A DNA stretch of 22,433 nt from Sedimentisphaerales bacterium (GTDB lineage: Bacteria > Planctomycetota > Phycisphaerae > Sedimentisphaerales > SM23-30). The position numbers were made by a program, and so were the translations under genes. How positions within the stretch are numbered: the first letter of the stretch is position 1; every line of letters starts with the position of its first letter. The stretch covers positions 1 through 22,433 of the forward strand of contig CAXXFK010000005.1 of the NCBI GenBank assembly GCA_963663965.2, written 5' to 3'. The notes below the pieces were generated by a model. The model saw only the letters and a program-made list of their open reading frames with translations. It was not told where the DNA came from and did not search any database. Positions 1-9,011 of the stretch are shown piece after piece.

Positions 1-2
1 AC

Positions 3-755
3 CCTAAGATTGATGGAGACTGGGTGGTCTGGCAGCAGGAATATGCCGGACAGTCCGATATCTATGGGATCCAACTGAGCACAATGCAAGAAGTGATAAT
101 CTGCGAGAAAAGTAGTAAACAGGCCAGTCCGGATATTTACGGAAATTTGGTGGTTTGGAGTGATAATCGAAACAGTAGCAGTACTGGATTTGATATTGTG
201 GCCTTTAACCTGGAGGATAAATCTGAACTTGTTGCTATCAGTCGTGTTGGGGATCAGAAAGTGCCAGTGATTTGGGATAAACAGTTCGCCTGGAAAGATA
301 TGGCTGGAAATGGTGATATCTGGGCCGGGATGATGGGAGAGTCGGTTAAAATTGAATTGGTCAGTCCAGTTGATGGAGAGATGATTCTAAATGGAGTGGA
401 ATCCGAGATTTGCTGGACTACCACCAGACCGGGAATCGACGCAATCGACATTTTATATCAATTGGAGGAGGGCGTTTGGAACGATATGGTGTTAAATATT
501 TTGAATGAAGGGAGTTATGTCTGGACATGGCAGTTTGCCGGTGAAAAGGTGCCGGTTCGAATTCGTATTCGGAATCATGAGGATCATTCAATTCATGACG
601 AGAATCAAAGCCCATTTTATGTGTTTCATTGCGATACTGCTTTGACGGCTGATTTGACTGGGGATTGTCAGGTTGATTTTGCAGATCTGGCAGTGGTTTT
701 AGGGCAATGGCTGGCATGTGGAAATCCGTGGGATGTGGGGTGGTGTGGGGAATAA
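3..755 (+). CDS. 5'-truncated surface/secreted protein: beta-propeller repeats (Methanosarcina surface-protein type), Ig-like spacer, C-terminal dockerin/EF-hand-like domain
   Basis: The frame is open from base 3 (PKIDGDWVVWQ...), so the GTG at 24 is probably not the true start. Repeats: PKIDGDWVVWQ..DIY, PDIYGNLVVWSDNRN..FDI, PVIWDKQFAWKD..GDIW. Then ELVSPVDGE...ICW...GSYVW and C-terminal ADLTGDCQVDFADLAVVLGQWL. Confidence 0.75.
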   Translation, partial: PKIDGDWVVWQQEYAGQSDIYGIQLSTMQEVIICEKSSKQASPDIYGNLVVWSDNRNSSSTGFDIVAFNLEDKSELVAISRVGDQKVPVIWDKQFAWKDMAGNGDIWAGMMGESVKIELVSPVDGEMILNGVESEICWTTTRPGIDAIDILYQLEEGVWNDMVLNILNEGSYVWTWQFAGEKVPVRIRIRNHEDHSIHDENQSPFYVFHCDTALTADLTGDCQVDFADLAVVLGQWLACGNPWDVGWCGE

Positions 756-803
756 CGTACTAGAGAGGCTGCTTTATCTGGTCGATAAATAACTAGTATA
801 ATA

Positions 804-911
804 GAGCATGTTGCACAATTAATAGTAATTCTCATAAGTCCTTTATTTACGTTAAACGACCAACGTAAAATAAGGACTTACGTTAATTGGCTGGGTTTAT
901 GCAACAGCCTC
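804..911. repeat. 108-bp nested imperfect inverted repeat, MITE-like
   Basis: Termini GAGCATGTTGCACAA (804-818) and TTATGCAACAGCCTC (897-911) are 12/15 complementary. Inner stem 835-853/862-880 is 17/19 complementary with an 8-nt loop. CAATTAA (816-822) pairs with TTAATTG (883-889). AATA flanks both sides (800-803, 912-915). Confidence 0.7.
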
Positions 912-941
912 AATAATGTAATTAATTATGAATATTGATGT

Positions 942-2387
942 ATGAATTACACCCGAAATATATATAGATTGATTTATTTCCCAATCGCGATAGTATTGAT
1001 CTTTGGAATAGTATTCCTTCTGACAATGTCAGGTTGTAAGATTTACGCTCAGTCTGTCACGGTATCTGATCAATATTTAAAGTTGTATCAGGTACGTTAT
1101 GGAAATAGATCACTAGGAAAACCAATTGAAAAGGTAGAGTTTACTATTGGGGGAGATCCCTGGGATGGTGTCCCCAATTTTTTTTATGTTGCTTTTAAAA
1201 ATATTGGTAGCACGGGGGAACTCCGATTTCAAAAAGAAGGTGATATCTGTGCAGTTGATTATGCGATCGCTTTACCCAAAATAACATTATTGAGTTTGTT
1301 TAACGGTCGTAAGACGATACCCTTATGGGAATTGCGTAGAGCGGATATTGAAAAATTCCATTTACAGATGGTTAAAGAAAATCCTGATTGGTATCTATAT
1401 GGTACAGACCTGAATTATGGGGTAAAATGCGACCAATCTGGGTATCCCATATTGGATAAAGAAAACAGGCCTACTCCGGATAGTCCGATTGAATTCTATC
1501 AACAGGGATTAACCATCGTACAACCTCCGGCATATAACGAACGTGAAAAATATAATTTTTTCCTTAATTATAATAATCCAACGGTACGTGAATATGTTAT
1601 TCGGCAAACCTTGAAATTGCTGAAATTTAGTAAGGATAATTGTTTATTTATCGATTGTTCTGGAATGCTTAGTCATCAGATTTACCCTTCAGATACTCAA
1701 AAGGACTATGGTTTTATTGGCGTTGGAACTCGCGATGAACAAGCGGATCGTTATGCTGCTTTATCCTGTAGTATCTATAAGGAGATAAAGAAAAGAACGA
1801 ATAACGCCCAGATCATCTTAAATGGATTTCGAGATTGGGATTATTTTAATTTACGATTTTTTAAATACCTATTAAAACCGGAAAATAGCGACTGTTTCGA
1901 TGGGGTGATGATAGAGAATCGATTCTGGATGGATGATTACTGGTATGAGAAGGGGAAACGCGTTTCTCAAACACCTAAAGATATCCATCAAGACGGTATT
2001 TCTAAAATGCCCTGGTGTACACATATTGAATTTTATCAGGAATGGGTAGAGCGTTTTAAAAATGAAGGAAAGATGGTGCTGTTTTGCGCATCGTTGCCGC
2101 CAATAAATAATGAAAATCCAAGCAACGAGCAATTGGCAAGTCATATATTGAACTGGTATTATTTGATAGCAGATGAGAATACCTATTTTTATATGAATGA
2201 CAGTTATGTAAAACCAATGTATGCTTTCGAATGTTATAATCGCGTTTTGGGGGCTAGTAAAATGAAGGCGAGAAAGAACGATTCCACCTGGATAAGGCAG
2301 TATGAACGGTATTCGATTGAATTTGATACCACATATGGGGAATTGAAAAAGATAGCCATCGTTCCCAAATTTCGTAATAACCAGTGA
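942..2387 (+). CDS. Membrane-anchored/lipoprotein hypothetical, putative TIM-barrel glycoside hydrolase (GHL15-like)
   Basis: 481-aa ORF with an N-terminal hydrophobic helix ending LTMSGC (lipobox-like). Motifs NYNNPTVREY, LFIDC, IILNG, FDGVMIEN and C-terminal WIRQYE resemble putative GH proteins in EPS loci. The ORF is solid; the function is tentative. Confidence 0.5.
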   Translation: MNYTRNIYRLIYFPIAIVLIFGIVFLLTMSGCKIYAQSVTVSDQYLKLYQVRYGNRSLGKPIEKVEFTIGGDPWDGVPNFFYVAFKNIGSTGELRFQKEGDICAVDYAIALPKITLLSLFNGRKTIPLWELRRADIEKFHLQMVKENPDWYLYGTDLNYGVKCDQSGYPILDKENRPTPDSPIEFYQQGLTIVQPPAYNEREKYNFFLNYNNPTVREYVIRQTLKLLKFSKDNCLFIDCSGMLSHQIYPSDTQKDYGFIGVGTRDEQADRYAALSCSIYKEIKKRTNNAQIILNGFRDWDYFNLRFFKYLLKPENSDCFDGVMIENRFWMDDYWYEKGKRVSQTPKDIHQDGISKMPWCTHIEFYQEWVERFKNEGKMVLFCASLPPINNENPSNEQLASHILNWYYLIADENTYFYMNDSYVKPMYAFECYNRVLGASKMKARKNDSTWIRQYERYSIEFDTTYGELKKIAIVPKFRNNQ

Positions 2388-2400
2388 TTAATAGATTTTT

Positions 2401-3933
2401 ATGTCAATAGCTAAAACAATTTTGAAAAATACCCTGTCAAACTGGGCCGGTATGGTTATCAATACTGTAATCATGTTGATGTTAACGCCCTATTTATTGC
2501 GTCATTTAGGAGACGAGCGATATGGGATTTATCAAATTGTTATGAATGTCATTCAATATTTAATATTGCTGGAGTTTGGCTTACGCGGTGGGATCGCTCG
2601 ATTCGCATCAAAATTTATTGCCGCTCAAGACATAGAATCATTGAATAAAACACTATCTTCTACTTTTTTTCTGGGTATATCTATCGGAGGAATAACACTT
2701 GTCATTAGCTATATCCTTGGGCGATTAGCTCCATCCTTTTTCGATATTTCTCAGGAATATCATCAGCAGGTCATAATAGTATTTGTGGCTATGGGTATTC
2801 ATACCGCTCTTTCATTTATCGGGTATAGTTTTGGGGGAATTATCACAGGATATCAACGCTATGAATTGCTTAATTTACAGTTGATTGCTATACAGGTCAT
2901 AAAAGCAATTTTAATTGTTTTATTTTTCACGACAGGTTGGATTTCGTTGACGAGTTACGCCACAGCAATTGTTTCTTCCAGCATCTGTGGTTTAATCTTT
3001 CTCGTATGGACGTCATTTAAATTACAGAATCAATTAAAAATCAGTCCTGGATTTGTTAACAAGCAATCATTGCGAGAACTGTTAGGTTATAGCACGTGGA
3101 ATATGTTAATTCAGCTATCCGGATTTTTTGTGCTTTATATTAACCCACTGATCATTGGCAAATATTTAGGGCCTGATCGTGTGCCTTATTATTCAATTCC
3201 TTTTATGTTGATTACGCGATTACAGGCGCTTGTACTGGGATTATCAAGTACCTTGATGCCAATGGCTTCTTCAACGTTAGCCACTGGCGATAAAGTGTTG
3301 TTACGCAATTTATTAAATAAAGGTTCTTCGGTGGCCAGCATGTTGGTATTTCCTTTAGGCGGCACCCTGTTAGTCATGTGCCGCGATTTATTTCGAGTAT
3401 GGCTCCCGGAAGGATACGAGAGCAGCTGGATAATCTATGCTATTCTAATGATAACATTTTTCGGTTCTATATCACAGAGCCCGACATTGTATCTGATTCT
3501 TGGCGGCAGTAATATCAAGCCTCTGGCAATAGTAAATTTTATTGCTGGGATCCTCATCGTTGGATTGAGTATCTATTGGGTTGGATATACGAAATTGGGT
3601 TTAATCGGGGCCGCCTGGGCGATAGTTATACCCAGATTTTTTTCATCCTGCCTGTTTTTACCCTGGTACGCATGTCACAAGTTTGGTCAGGAGTTTTTTC
3701 CCTATTTGATTAAAACTTATACCAGACCAATACTTTGCTCATTGCCATCTATCCTAACTGGATATCTCCTTTGTCATTATTATACGCCAAATCATGTTTG
3801 GAGTTGGATTGTTGAATTTTTAATCGCAATGTCATTCTATTTGATCTTTCTTTTTTTCGGGATTTTAGATTTTCCATACAGAGAGAGATTGATAAGTTAT
3901 CTATTTTATCGGGCACAATCTGCCAGTCATTAA
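2401..3933 (+). CDS. wzx: Oligosaccharide flippase (Wzx, MOP superfamily)
   Basis: 510 aa with many hydrophobic segments. N-terminal KNTLSNW...LTPYLLRHLGDERYGIY...LLEFGL and LIIGKYLGPDRVPYYS are typical of polysaccharide flippases. Confidence 0.9.
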   Translation: MSIAKTILKNTLSNWAGMVINTVIMLMLTPYLLRHLGDERYGIYQIVMNVIQYLILLEFGLRGGIARFASKFIAAQDIESLNKTLSSTFFLGISIGGITLVISYILGRLAPSFFDISQEYHQQVIIVFVAMGIHTALSFIGYSFGGIITGYQRYELLNLQLIAIQVIKAILIVLFFTTGWISLTSYATAIVSSSICGLIFLVWTSFKLQNQLKISPGFVNKQSLRELLGYSTWNMLIQLSGFFVLYINPLIIGKYLGPDRVPYYSIPFMLITRLQALVLGLSSTLMPMASSTLATGDKVLLRNLLNKGSSVASMLVFPLGGTLLVMCRDLFRVWLPEGYESSWIIYAILMITFFGSISQSPTLYLILGGSNIKPLAIVNFIAGILIVGLSIYWVGYTKLGLIGAAWAIVIPRFFSSCLFLPWYACHKFGQEFFPYLIKTYTRPILCSLPSILTGYLLCHYYTPNHVWSWIVEFLIAMSFYLIFLFFGILDFPYRERLISYLFYRAQSASH

Positions 3934-3947
3934 ATTGAGAGTATCCT

Positions 3948-5354
3948 TTGGTTCATCATCTAAATAATTTAGTGATCGATAATCAATTTTGTGTTGGTTG
4001 TGGATTGTGCGCGGGTATCTATTCGGATTATCTGGAAATGCGATTCAATGAAATGGGTGAATATGTTCCACAATTAAAAGCTAAAAAGCAATGGGGACAA
4101 TGGTCTGAGGACGGACTTAGAATTTGCCCTTTTGGCATCAATACAGAAAACGAAGATACTTTAGGGAAGGCACTATATTCTGGACACAATGCTATCCATC
4201 ATCGAAGTGAAATCGGTTATTACCTTACTCTTTATGCCGGTTATGTCAGAAATAAAACAGAACGTTTAGCATCAACTTCAGGCGGAATTATTATCTGGAT
4301 CGCAAACATGTTGCTGAAAGAGAAGCTTGTTGATGCTATTGTTTGCGTAGGAGCATTAAATGAGGGAGACGGTTTATTTGGTTATCGATATATAACGGAT
4401 ATTGAAGAATTATCCGGTTGTCGAAAAAGCCGTTACTATCCTGTTGAGATGTCAAAGGTTATTCAACAGATTTTGATTCAAGATCAACGAGTGGCCTTTA
4501 TTGGTCTTCCTTGTTTTATCAAAGCGATTCGTTTGGCGATGCAAGAAAACACCTTATTGGCTGAGCGCGTTCGCTTTTGTGTCGGTCTGGTATGCGGCCA
4601 TTTAAAAAGTAAATATTATATGAATTATCTGGCACGTCATGCCGGTGTTGAAGAAGAGTCCGCTATCCTGAGAGCCGATTTTAGAAAGAAGGTTGAAGGT
4701 TGTCCGGCCAATGATTATGCTTTTGAAGTGATAGAACGTTCTGAGGGCAAAGAATCTGCCAAATCTGTCAGTATGAAAGATGTGTGGGCAGGCAACTGGG
4801 GTTATAATTTGTTCATGTTAAAAGCGTGTGAATATTGTGATGATGTGCTTGCTGAAACGGCTGACGTTACGGTTGGCGACGCCTGGTTAAAAGAATATGT
4901 GCAAGATTCCTGTGGAACTAGTATTGTGATTACTCGACGTCATGAAATAGAACAGTTATTACAGATGGGTATTGATAACAATGAAATACATTTGGAATCA
5001 TTAACTGTCGATCAGGTTGTTAAATCTCAGGATGCGGGCTTACGTCAGAGGAGACAGGCATTAAGCTTTCGATTGTTCTGTGATCAGAAAAATAGAATGT
5101 GGCATCCTGCCAAACGAAGGCAACCCGATAAACATAGCCTCGATTTTTTCGATCGACTTGTCCAACGAATGCGAATTCGTATTCGAGCTAAAAGTCATCT
5201 GGCATTTAATAAACAAAGAAAGTCAGCCGGTTTGGCGCTATTTAAGAAAGAGATGAGATTCCTTATTGGTTGTTATCAGTGGATCTATAAGGTCAAATTG
5301 CCGATTAATCGTCTGTGTAAATTATTTAAGAACCAGAAAAGGCTTTCGTTATGA
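3948..5354 (+). CDS. Coenzyme F420 hydrogenase/dehydrogenase beta-subunit (FrhB)-family protein with N-terminal 4Fe-4S motif
   Basis: TTG start. CVGCGLC...ICPF, RLASTSGG, KSRYYP, FIGLPCF, GLVCGH, CEYCDD, ADVTVGDAW are FrhB/FdhB-family motifs. Stop overlaps the next ATG (ATGA 5351-5354). Confidence 0.88.
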   Translation: MVHHLNNLVIDNQFCVGCGLCAGIYSDYLEMRFNEMGEYVPQLKAKKQWGQWSEDGLRICPFGINTENEDTLGKALYSGHNAIHHRSEIGYYLTLYAGYVRNKTERLASTSGGIIIWIANMLLKEKLVDAIVCVGALNEGDGLFGYRYITDIEELSGCRKSRYYPVEMSKVIQQILIQDQRVAFIGLPCFIKAIRLAMQENTLLAERVRFCVGLVCGHLKSKYYMNYLARHAGVEEESAILRADFRKKVEGCPANDYAFEVIERSEGKESAKSVSMKDVWAGNWGYNLFMLKACEYCDDVLAETADVTVGDAWLKEYVQDSCGTSIVITRRHEIEQLLQMGIDNNEIHLESLTVDQVVKSQDAGLRQRRQALSFRLFCDQKNRMWHPAKRRQPDKHSLDFFDRLVQRMRIRIRAKSHLAFNKQRKSAGLALFKKEMRFLIGCYQWIYKVKLPINRLCKLFKNQKRLSL

Positions 5355-6538
5355 AATTTATACTTTATGGTAATTCATCCTCCATGAATCGCGGTTGTGA
5401 AGCGATATTGGAATCTACCATTGATATTATGGACAAGGTCTTTGGCGAATCAGAATATCTGAATGCCCCACCCAGGTATTTTTCACCGGAAGAACTGGGA
5501 TACTACGGCGTCCGGATCAAACACCTGCCGCCCCCGATCCGAACTCGTTTTTCATTAGCCTGGTTTAAATATCAGATCTATCGAGTTTTCTTTCAGACTA
5601 CAGTGGATCCTTTTTGTCATTATCTACCTGAAGCAAAAGCGCTTCTGGCTATTGGCGGAGATAACTATTCGCTGGACTATGGCAAACCAAGGCGTTATCT
5701 GGAAGTTCATAATCGAGTACTCAAATCGGGAGTTCCGTTAGTAATCTGGGGTGCTTCCATAGGGCCTTTCAGTAAAGATCCGGATTATGAGAAATATATT
5801 ACAGGCGAGTTGCGTAAAGTTAATTTGATTTGTGCCAGAGAAAGTGAAACTGTGGACTATCTGAAGTCCATAGGAGTTGAAGAAAATGTCAGATTAGTTG
5901 CTGATCCTGCGTTTGCGTTATCTCCAGTTAAGCCGGAAACGATAGACGCTAATCTATCTGACAGACTTGAAGAAGGAGCCATCGGACTTAATTTTTCACC
6001 AATTATCCAGCGCTATATGGGAGGAGAAAGTGACTGGATGACGGTGGCGTCACGTTGTCTGGATGAATTACTGGATGTGGTTGATTGCCCATTGATCTTA
6101 ATCCCCCATGTTATACAACCGGGCAATGATGATCGCGAATTTATGAAGAAAGTTTTGACATTAATTAAACCGGAAAAACAACAAAAGGTAATGCTGATAG
6201 ACACTCCCTATCGTTGTCGGGAAATGAAATGGATTATCTCGCAGTTGAAGGCTTTTATCGGGGCCCGGACTCATGCCACGATCGCTGCTTTATCAAGTTG
6301 TGTCCCTACGATTTCGATTGGCTATAGCATGAAAGCCAGAGGGATTAATCAGGATATTTACGGCCATCAGAAATGGCTGGTCCCATCCACTGAGATTAAA
6401 GATTCCGGCCTGGCAAAGGTGGCCCAGGCTTTTATGTCAGATTTAGAAGGAACCAAAGCACAATTAACCCAAACAATGCCCAGCTATCGAGAAGGAGCCT
6501 ATCGGGCCGCAGAGTATATCAAGGAGATATACGTTTAA
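5351..6538 (+). CDS. Polysaccharide pyruvyl transferase family protein (WcaK-like)
   Basis: N-terminal YGN...NRGCEAI, IGGDNYSLDYG, WGASIGPF, ARESET, ADPAF, FIGARTHATIAALSSCVPTISIGYSMK. Confidence 0.92.
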   Translation: MKFILYGNSSSMNRGCEAILESTIDIMDKVFGESEYLNAPPRYFSPEELGYYGVRIKHLPPPIRTRFSLAWFKYQIYRVFFQTTVDPFCHYLPEAKALLAIGGDNYSLDYGKPRRYLEVHNRVLKSGVPLVIWGASIGPFSKDPDYEKYITGELRKVNLICARESETVDYLKSIGVEENVRLVADPAFALSPVKPETIDANLSDRLEEGAIGLNFSPIIQRYMGGESDWMTVASRCLDELLDVVDCPLILIPHVIQPGNDDREFMKKVLTLIKPEKQQKVMLIDTPYRCREMKWIISQLKAFIGARTHATIAALSSCVPTISIGYSMKARGINQDIYGHQKWLVPSTEIKDSGLAKVAQAFMSDLEGTKAQLTQTMPSYREGAYRAAEYIKEIYV

Positions 6539-6539
6539 C

Positions 6540-7508
6540 ATGATGATAAGTGTTGTCATACCTCTTTATAATAAAGCCCGGTATATTCGGCGTGCCATCG
6601 AATCGGTTTTGAAGCAAACGTATACCGATTATGAAATTGTTGTCGTGGATGATGGTTCGACAGATAATAGTGTTCAGATGGTGGAACAGCTTAACTGCGA
6701 TAGGATTAAATTGGTTAGTCAGGATAATGCGGGGGTTTCTGCGGCCCGTAATCGGGGCATTCAAGAGGCTGCCGGAGAGTGGATTGCCTTTCTGGATGCG
6801 GATGATGAATGGCTGCCTGAGAAACTGGAGCGTCAGATAAGCATTCTGAAGAAGAATCCTGATCTGGTTTGGGTGGCGGGTAATTATATTCGTGAGTATC
6901 AATATTATCGTGTGCATAATGGAGAATCATATCGGCCAGAGTGGTTTATTCGAGAAGGGGTTGTTAATGATGTGCTGGATTTATTGGCTTATGGCAATCA
7001 AGTCTGGACGAGTACGGTATTGGCGAAGAAGGAAATGTTATCTAAAAGTCATGGATTCGATGTTGGCCTGACGGTTTCGGAAGATATTGATTTGTGGGTA
7101 CGGATTGGTCTGAATTATCCCTGCATAGGATGGGTGTTGGAACCTGTCGCAATTTATTATACGGGTATTCTGGATTCTCTGACGATATCGACATCAAAAA
7201 GGAAAGATCGATCGGCAATGATATTTATAAATAAATTAAGGCAGTATGCTGATAACGCTACCGATACCCAAAATGCAAAATTGAGGCGTTACACTTCAGT
7301 TGTTCTGGATGCCTATCTATATTGTCTGCTTTATTCAGGTCGCAATAAAGAGTTGATGCTCTTGCTGAATACGGTTTCCTGGTGTGAAATCAATGAAAAG
7401 CATAAATGGAGGATGAAAGCCATATTACCCGGATGGTTCTGGTTCTGCCAGAAACTACTTAAACGAAAAGTAAAACAAGCGTACTATCGAATAGCTAAAG
7501 GTGATTAG
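6540..7508 (+). CDS. Glycosyltransferase family 2
   Basis: ISVVIPLYN, VVDDGSTD, NAGVSAARNRGI, IAFLDADD, SEDIDLW. Confidence 0.95.
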   Translation: MMISVVIPLYNKARYIRRAIESVLKQTYTDYEIVVVDDGSTDNSVQMVEQLNCDRIKLVSQDNAGVSAARNRGIQEAAGEWIAFLDADDEWLPEKLERQISILKKNPDLVWVAGNYIREYQYYRVHNGESYRPEWFIREGVVNDVLDLLAYGNQVWTSTVLAKKEMLSKSHGFDVGLTVSEDIDLWVRIGLNYPCIGWVLEPVAIYYTGILDSLTISTSKRKDRSAMIFINKLRQYADNATDTQNAKLRRYTSVVLDAYLYCLLYSGRNKELMLLLNTVSWCEINEKHKWRMKAILPGWFWFCQKLLKRKVKQAYYRIAKGD

Positions 7509-9009
7509 AATGCTAGCTGCCAGTAAAGTAGAATCCAAGTTAGATTACGAATTAACTACGGATAATTCGAATAGCCTTCGTATGGTATATTTCTTCTGGT
7601 TATTGATAGCCAGTCTTGCCAATGTGATGGTCTATTTATCATACAAAGGGGATAATGCCGAATATTATTCCAGTTTGAATACTGTTGTTGGACTGATTAT
7701 CCTTCTCGGACACTTTGTCTATCGGACGCTCAGTAAGCAGACAAACTGGCTGGCGCCGGACATCCTCTATTTATTGGCATATTTTTTATTCCACTACAGT
7801 AGTATAACGCTTCAATTGTTTGGCATTGCGGATGATGTGGATATCGATTATTTGAGTCTTGAAAGGTTTCCGCAAGTCCTGTTTATTGTTAATCTTGGTC
7901 TGATCGGTTTCGTCGTTGGATATGAACTATTTTGTAATCGTGTAGCGAAACGCATTACAAAGAGAATTCCGGGTAATGGATGGGGAGTATTTGGAATTGT
8001 CTTGATGGTAGTGGCATTGATAATCCATATTGTTTATATGCTCATTGTAGGGATTGATACTTTTGTGCGTGAGGGTTATACGGTTTCTTCCAAGATGCAT
8101 TATTTCGTTGAGGAAGCCAGATTCTGGAGATTGCATTTTCATTTATTTACAATGGGTTTTGCCGTGTATATTATTGCCGTCGCACTAAAGCATGGACGCA
8201 TATTCAAAGGGAGATTAGGGATCTCATTGTGTGTTTTATTTTTGTTGTTACTAATTATGGAAGGTGGACGGTCACAGATTGTGACCTTGATATTGGTTTT
8301 GATCCTTGTTCGCCATTATTTAATAAAACCGATTGGTTTTAAATATCTGGTTGTGATATTCCTTGGCTGTATTTTCTTGTTCAATTCAATCAAGATCGTT
8401 AGAAACCTGACTGCATACGATGTTGATTTAATGAAGAATGAATTGATCTATGCGTATGGTCAAGGTGAAGCACATTGGTATGATTCGTTTAGAGAAATGG
8501 GAGGATCTGTTCGTACCATCGATATGACTTTGGGGCTTCTGGAAGTTCAGCCATACTGGTATGGCAAGGGTTATGTTATATCGATCGTTCATATTATCCC
8601 ATTTTTACAGGGATTATTGAATGACTATTTAGGGCCATCACCGGGGCAATGGCTTACTTATACGCTGTTTGGTTATGGGGCTGCGGGGACGGGTTTTTCG
8701 ATTGTTGGCGAGGGGTATCTGAACTTCGGATATCCTGGCGCTTTTTTGCAGATGTTTATCATTGGATGGTTTCTCAAATGGCTTTATAAAAGTACCACAG
8801 AAAATTTGTCTCCTGCGAAAATGTTGGTTTTCGTGGTAGGGTTAGGTATTATAATGATTGCCGTACGTAATGATTCGAATATTATTATATCCCCTTTAGT
8901 AAAAGTAGCCGTTCTAGCATGGTTTCTGAACTTTCTATTCGGAAGCGAAGAAATAACGCTCGACTCTGTTAACGTTGATGAAAAAGATATGCTGATAACA
9001 GAGGGCTAA
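7501..9009 (+). CDS. wzy: O-antigen/capsular polysaccharide polymerase Wzy
   Basis: Polytopic membrane protein with GGRS after a TM helix and a periplasmic loop EMGGSV...YWYGKGY...GTGFSIVGEGYLNFGYPG. Start is GTG 7501 or ATG 7510. Confidence 0.85.
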   Translation: MIRMLAASKVESKLDYELTTDNSNSLRMVYFFWLLIASLANVMVYLSYKGDNAEYYSSLNTVVGLIILLGHFVYRTLSKQTNWLAPDILYLLAYFLFHYSSITLQLFGIADDVDIDYLSLERFPQVLFIVNLGLIGFVVGYELFCNRVAKRITKRIPGNGWGVFGIVLMVVALIIHIVYMLIVGIDTFVREGYTVSSKMHYFVEEARFWRLHFHLFTMGFAVYIIAVALKHGRIFKGRLGISLCVLFLLLLIMEGGRSQIVTLILVLILVRHYLIKPIGFKYLVVIFLGCIFLFNSIKIVRNLTAYDVDLMKNELIYAYGQGEAHWYDSFREMGGSVRTIDMTLGLLEVQPYWYGKGYVISIVHIIPFLQGLLNDYLGPSPGQWLTYTLFGYGAAGTGFSIVGEGYLNFGYPGAFLQMFIIGWFLKWLYKSTTENLSPAKMLVFVVGLGIIMIAVRNDSNIIISPLVKVAVLAWFLNFLFGSEEITLDSVNVDEKDMLITEG

Positions 9010-9011
9010 TC

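Noticed and set aside
765..771. GAGGCTG as an alternative left end pairing with CAGCCTC 905-911
   Set aside because: Only 7 bp with no matching flanking direct repeat. The 804 end gives longer complementarity.
3948..5354. Interpreting the FrhB-like gene as evidence of F420 hydrogenase or methanogenesis
   Set aside because: No other hydrogenase subunits are present, and the gene is coupled to a pyruvyl transferase inside a polysaccharide operon.
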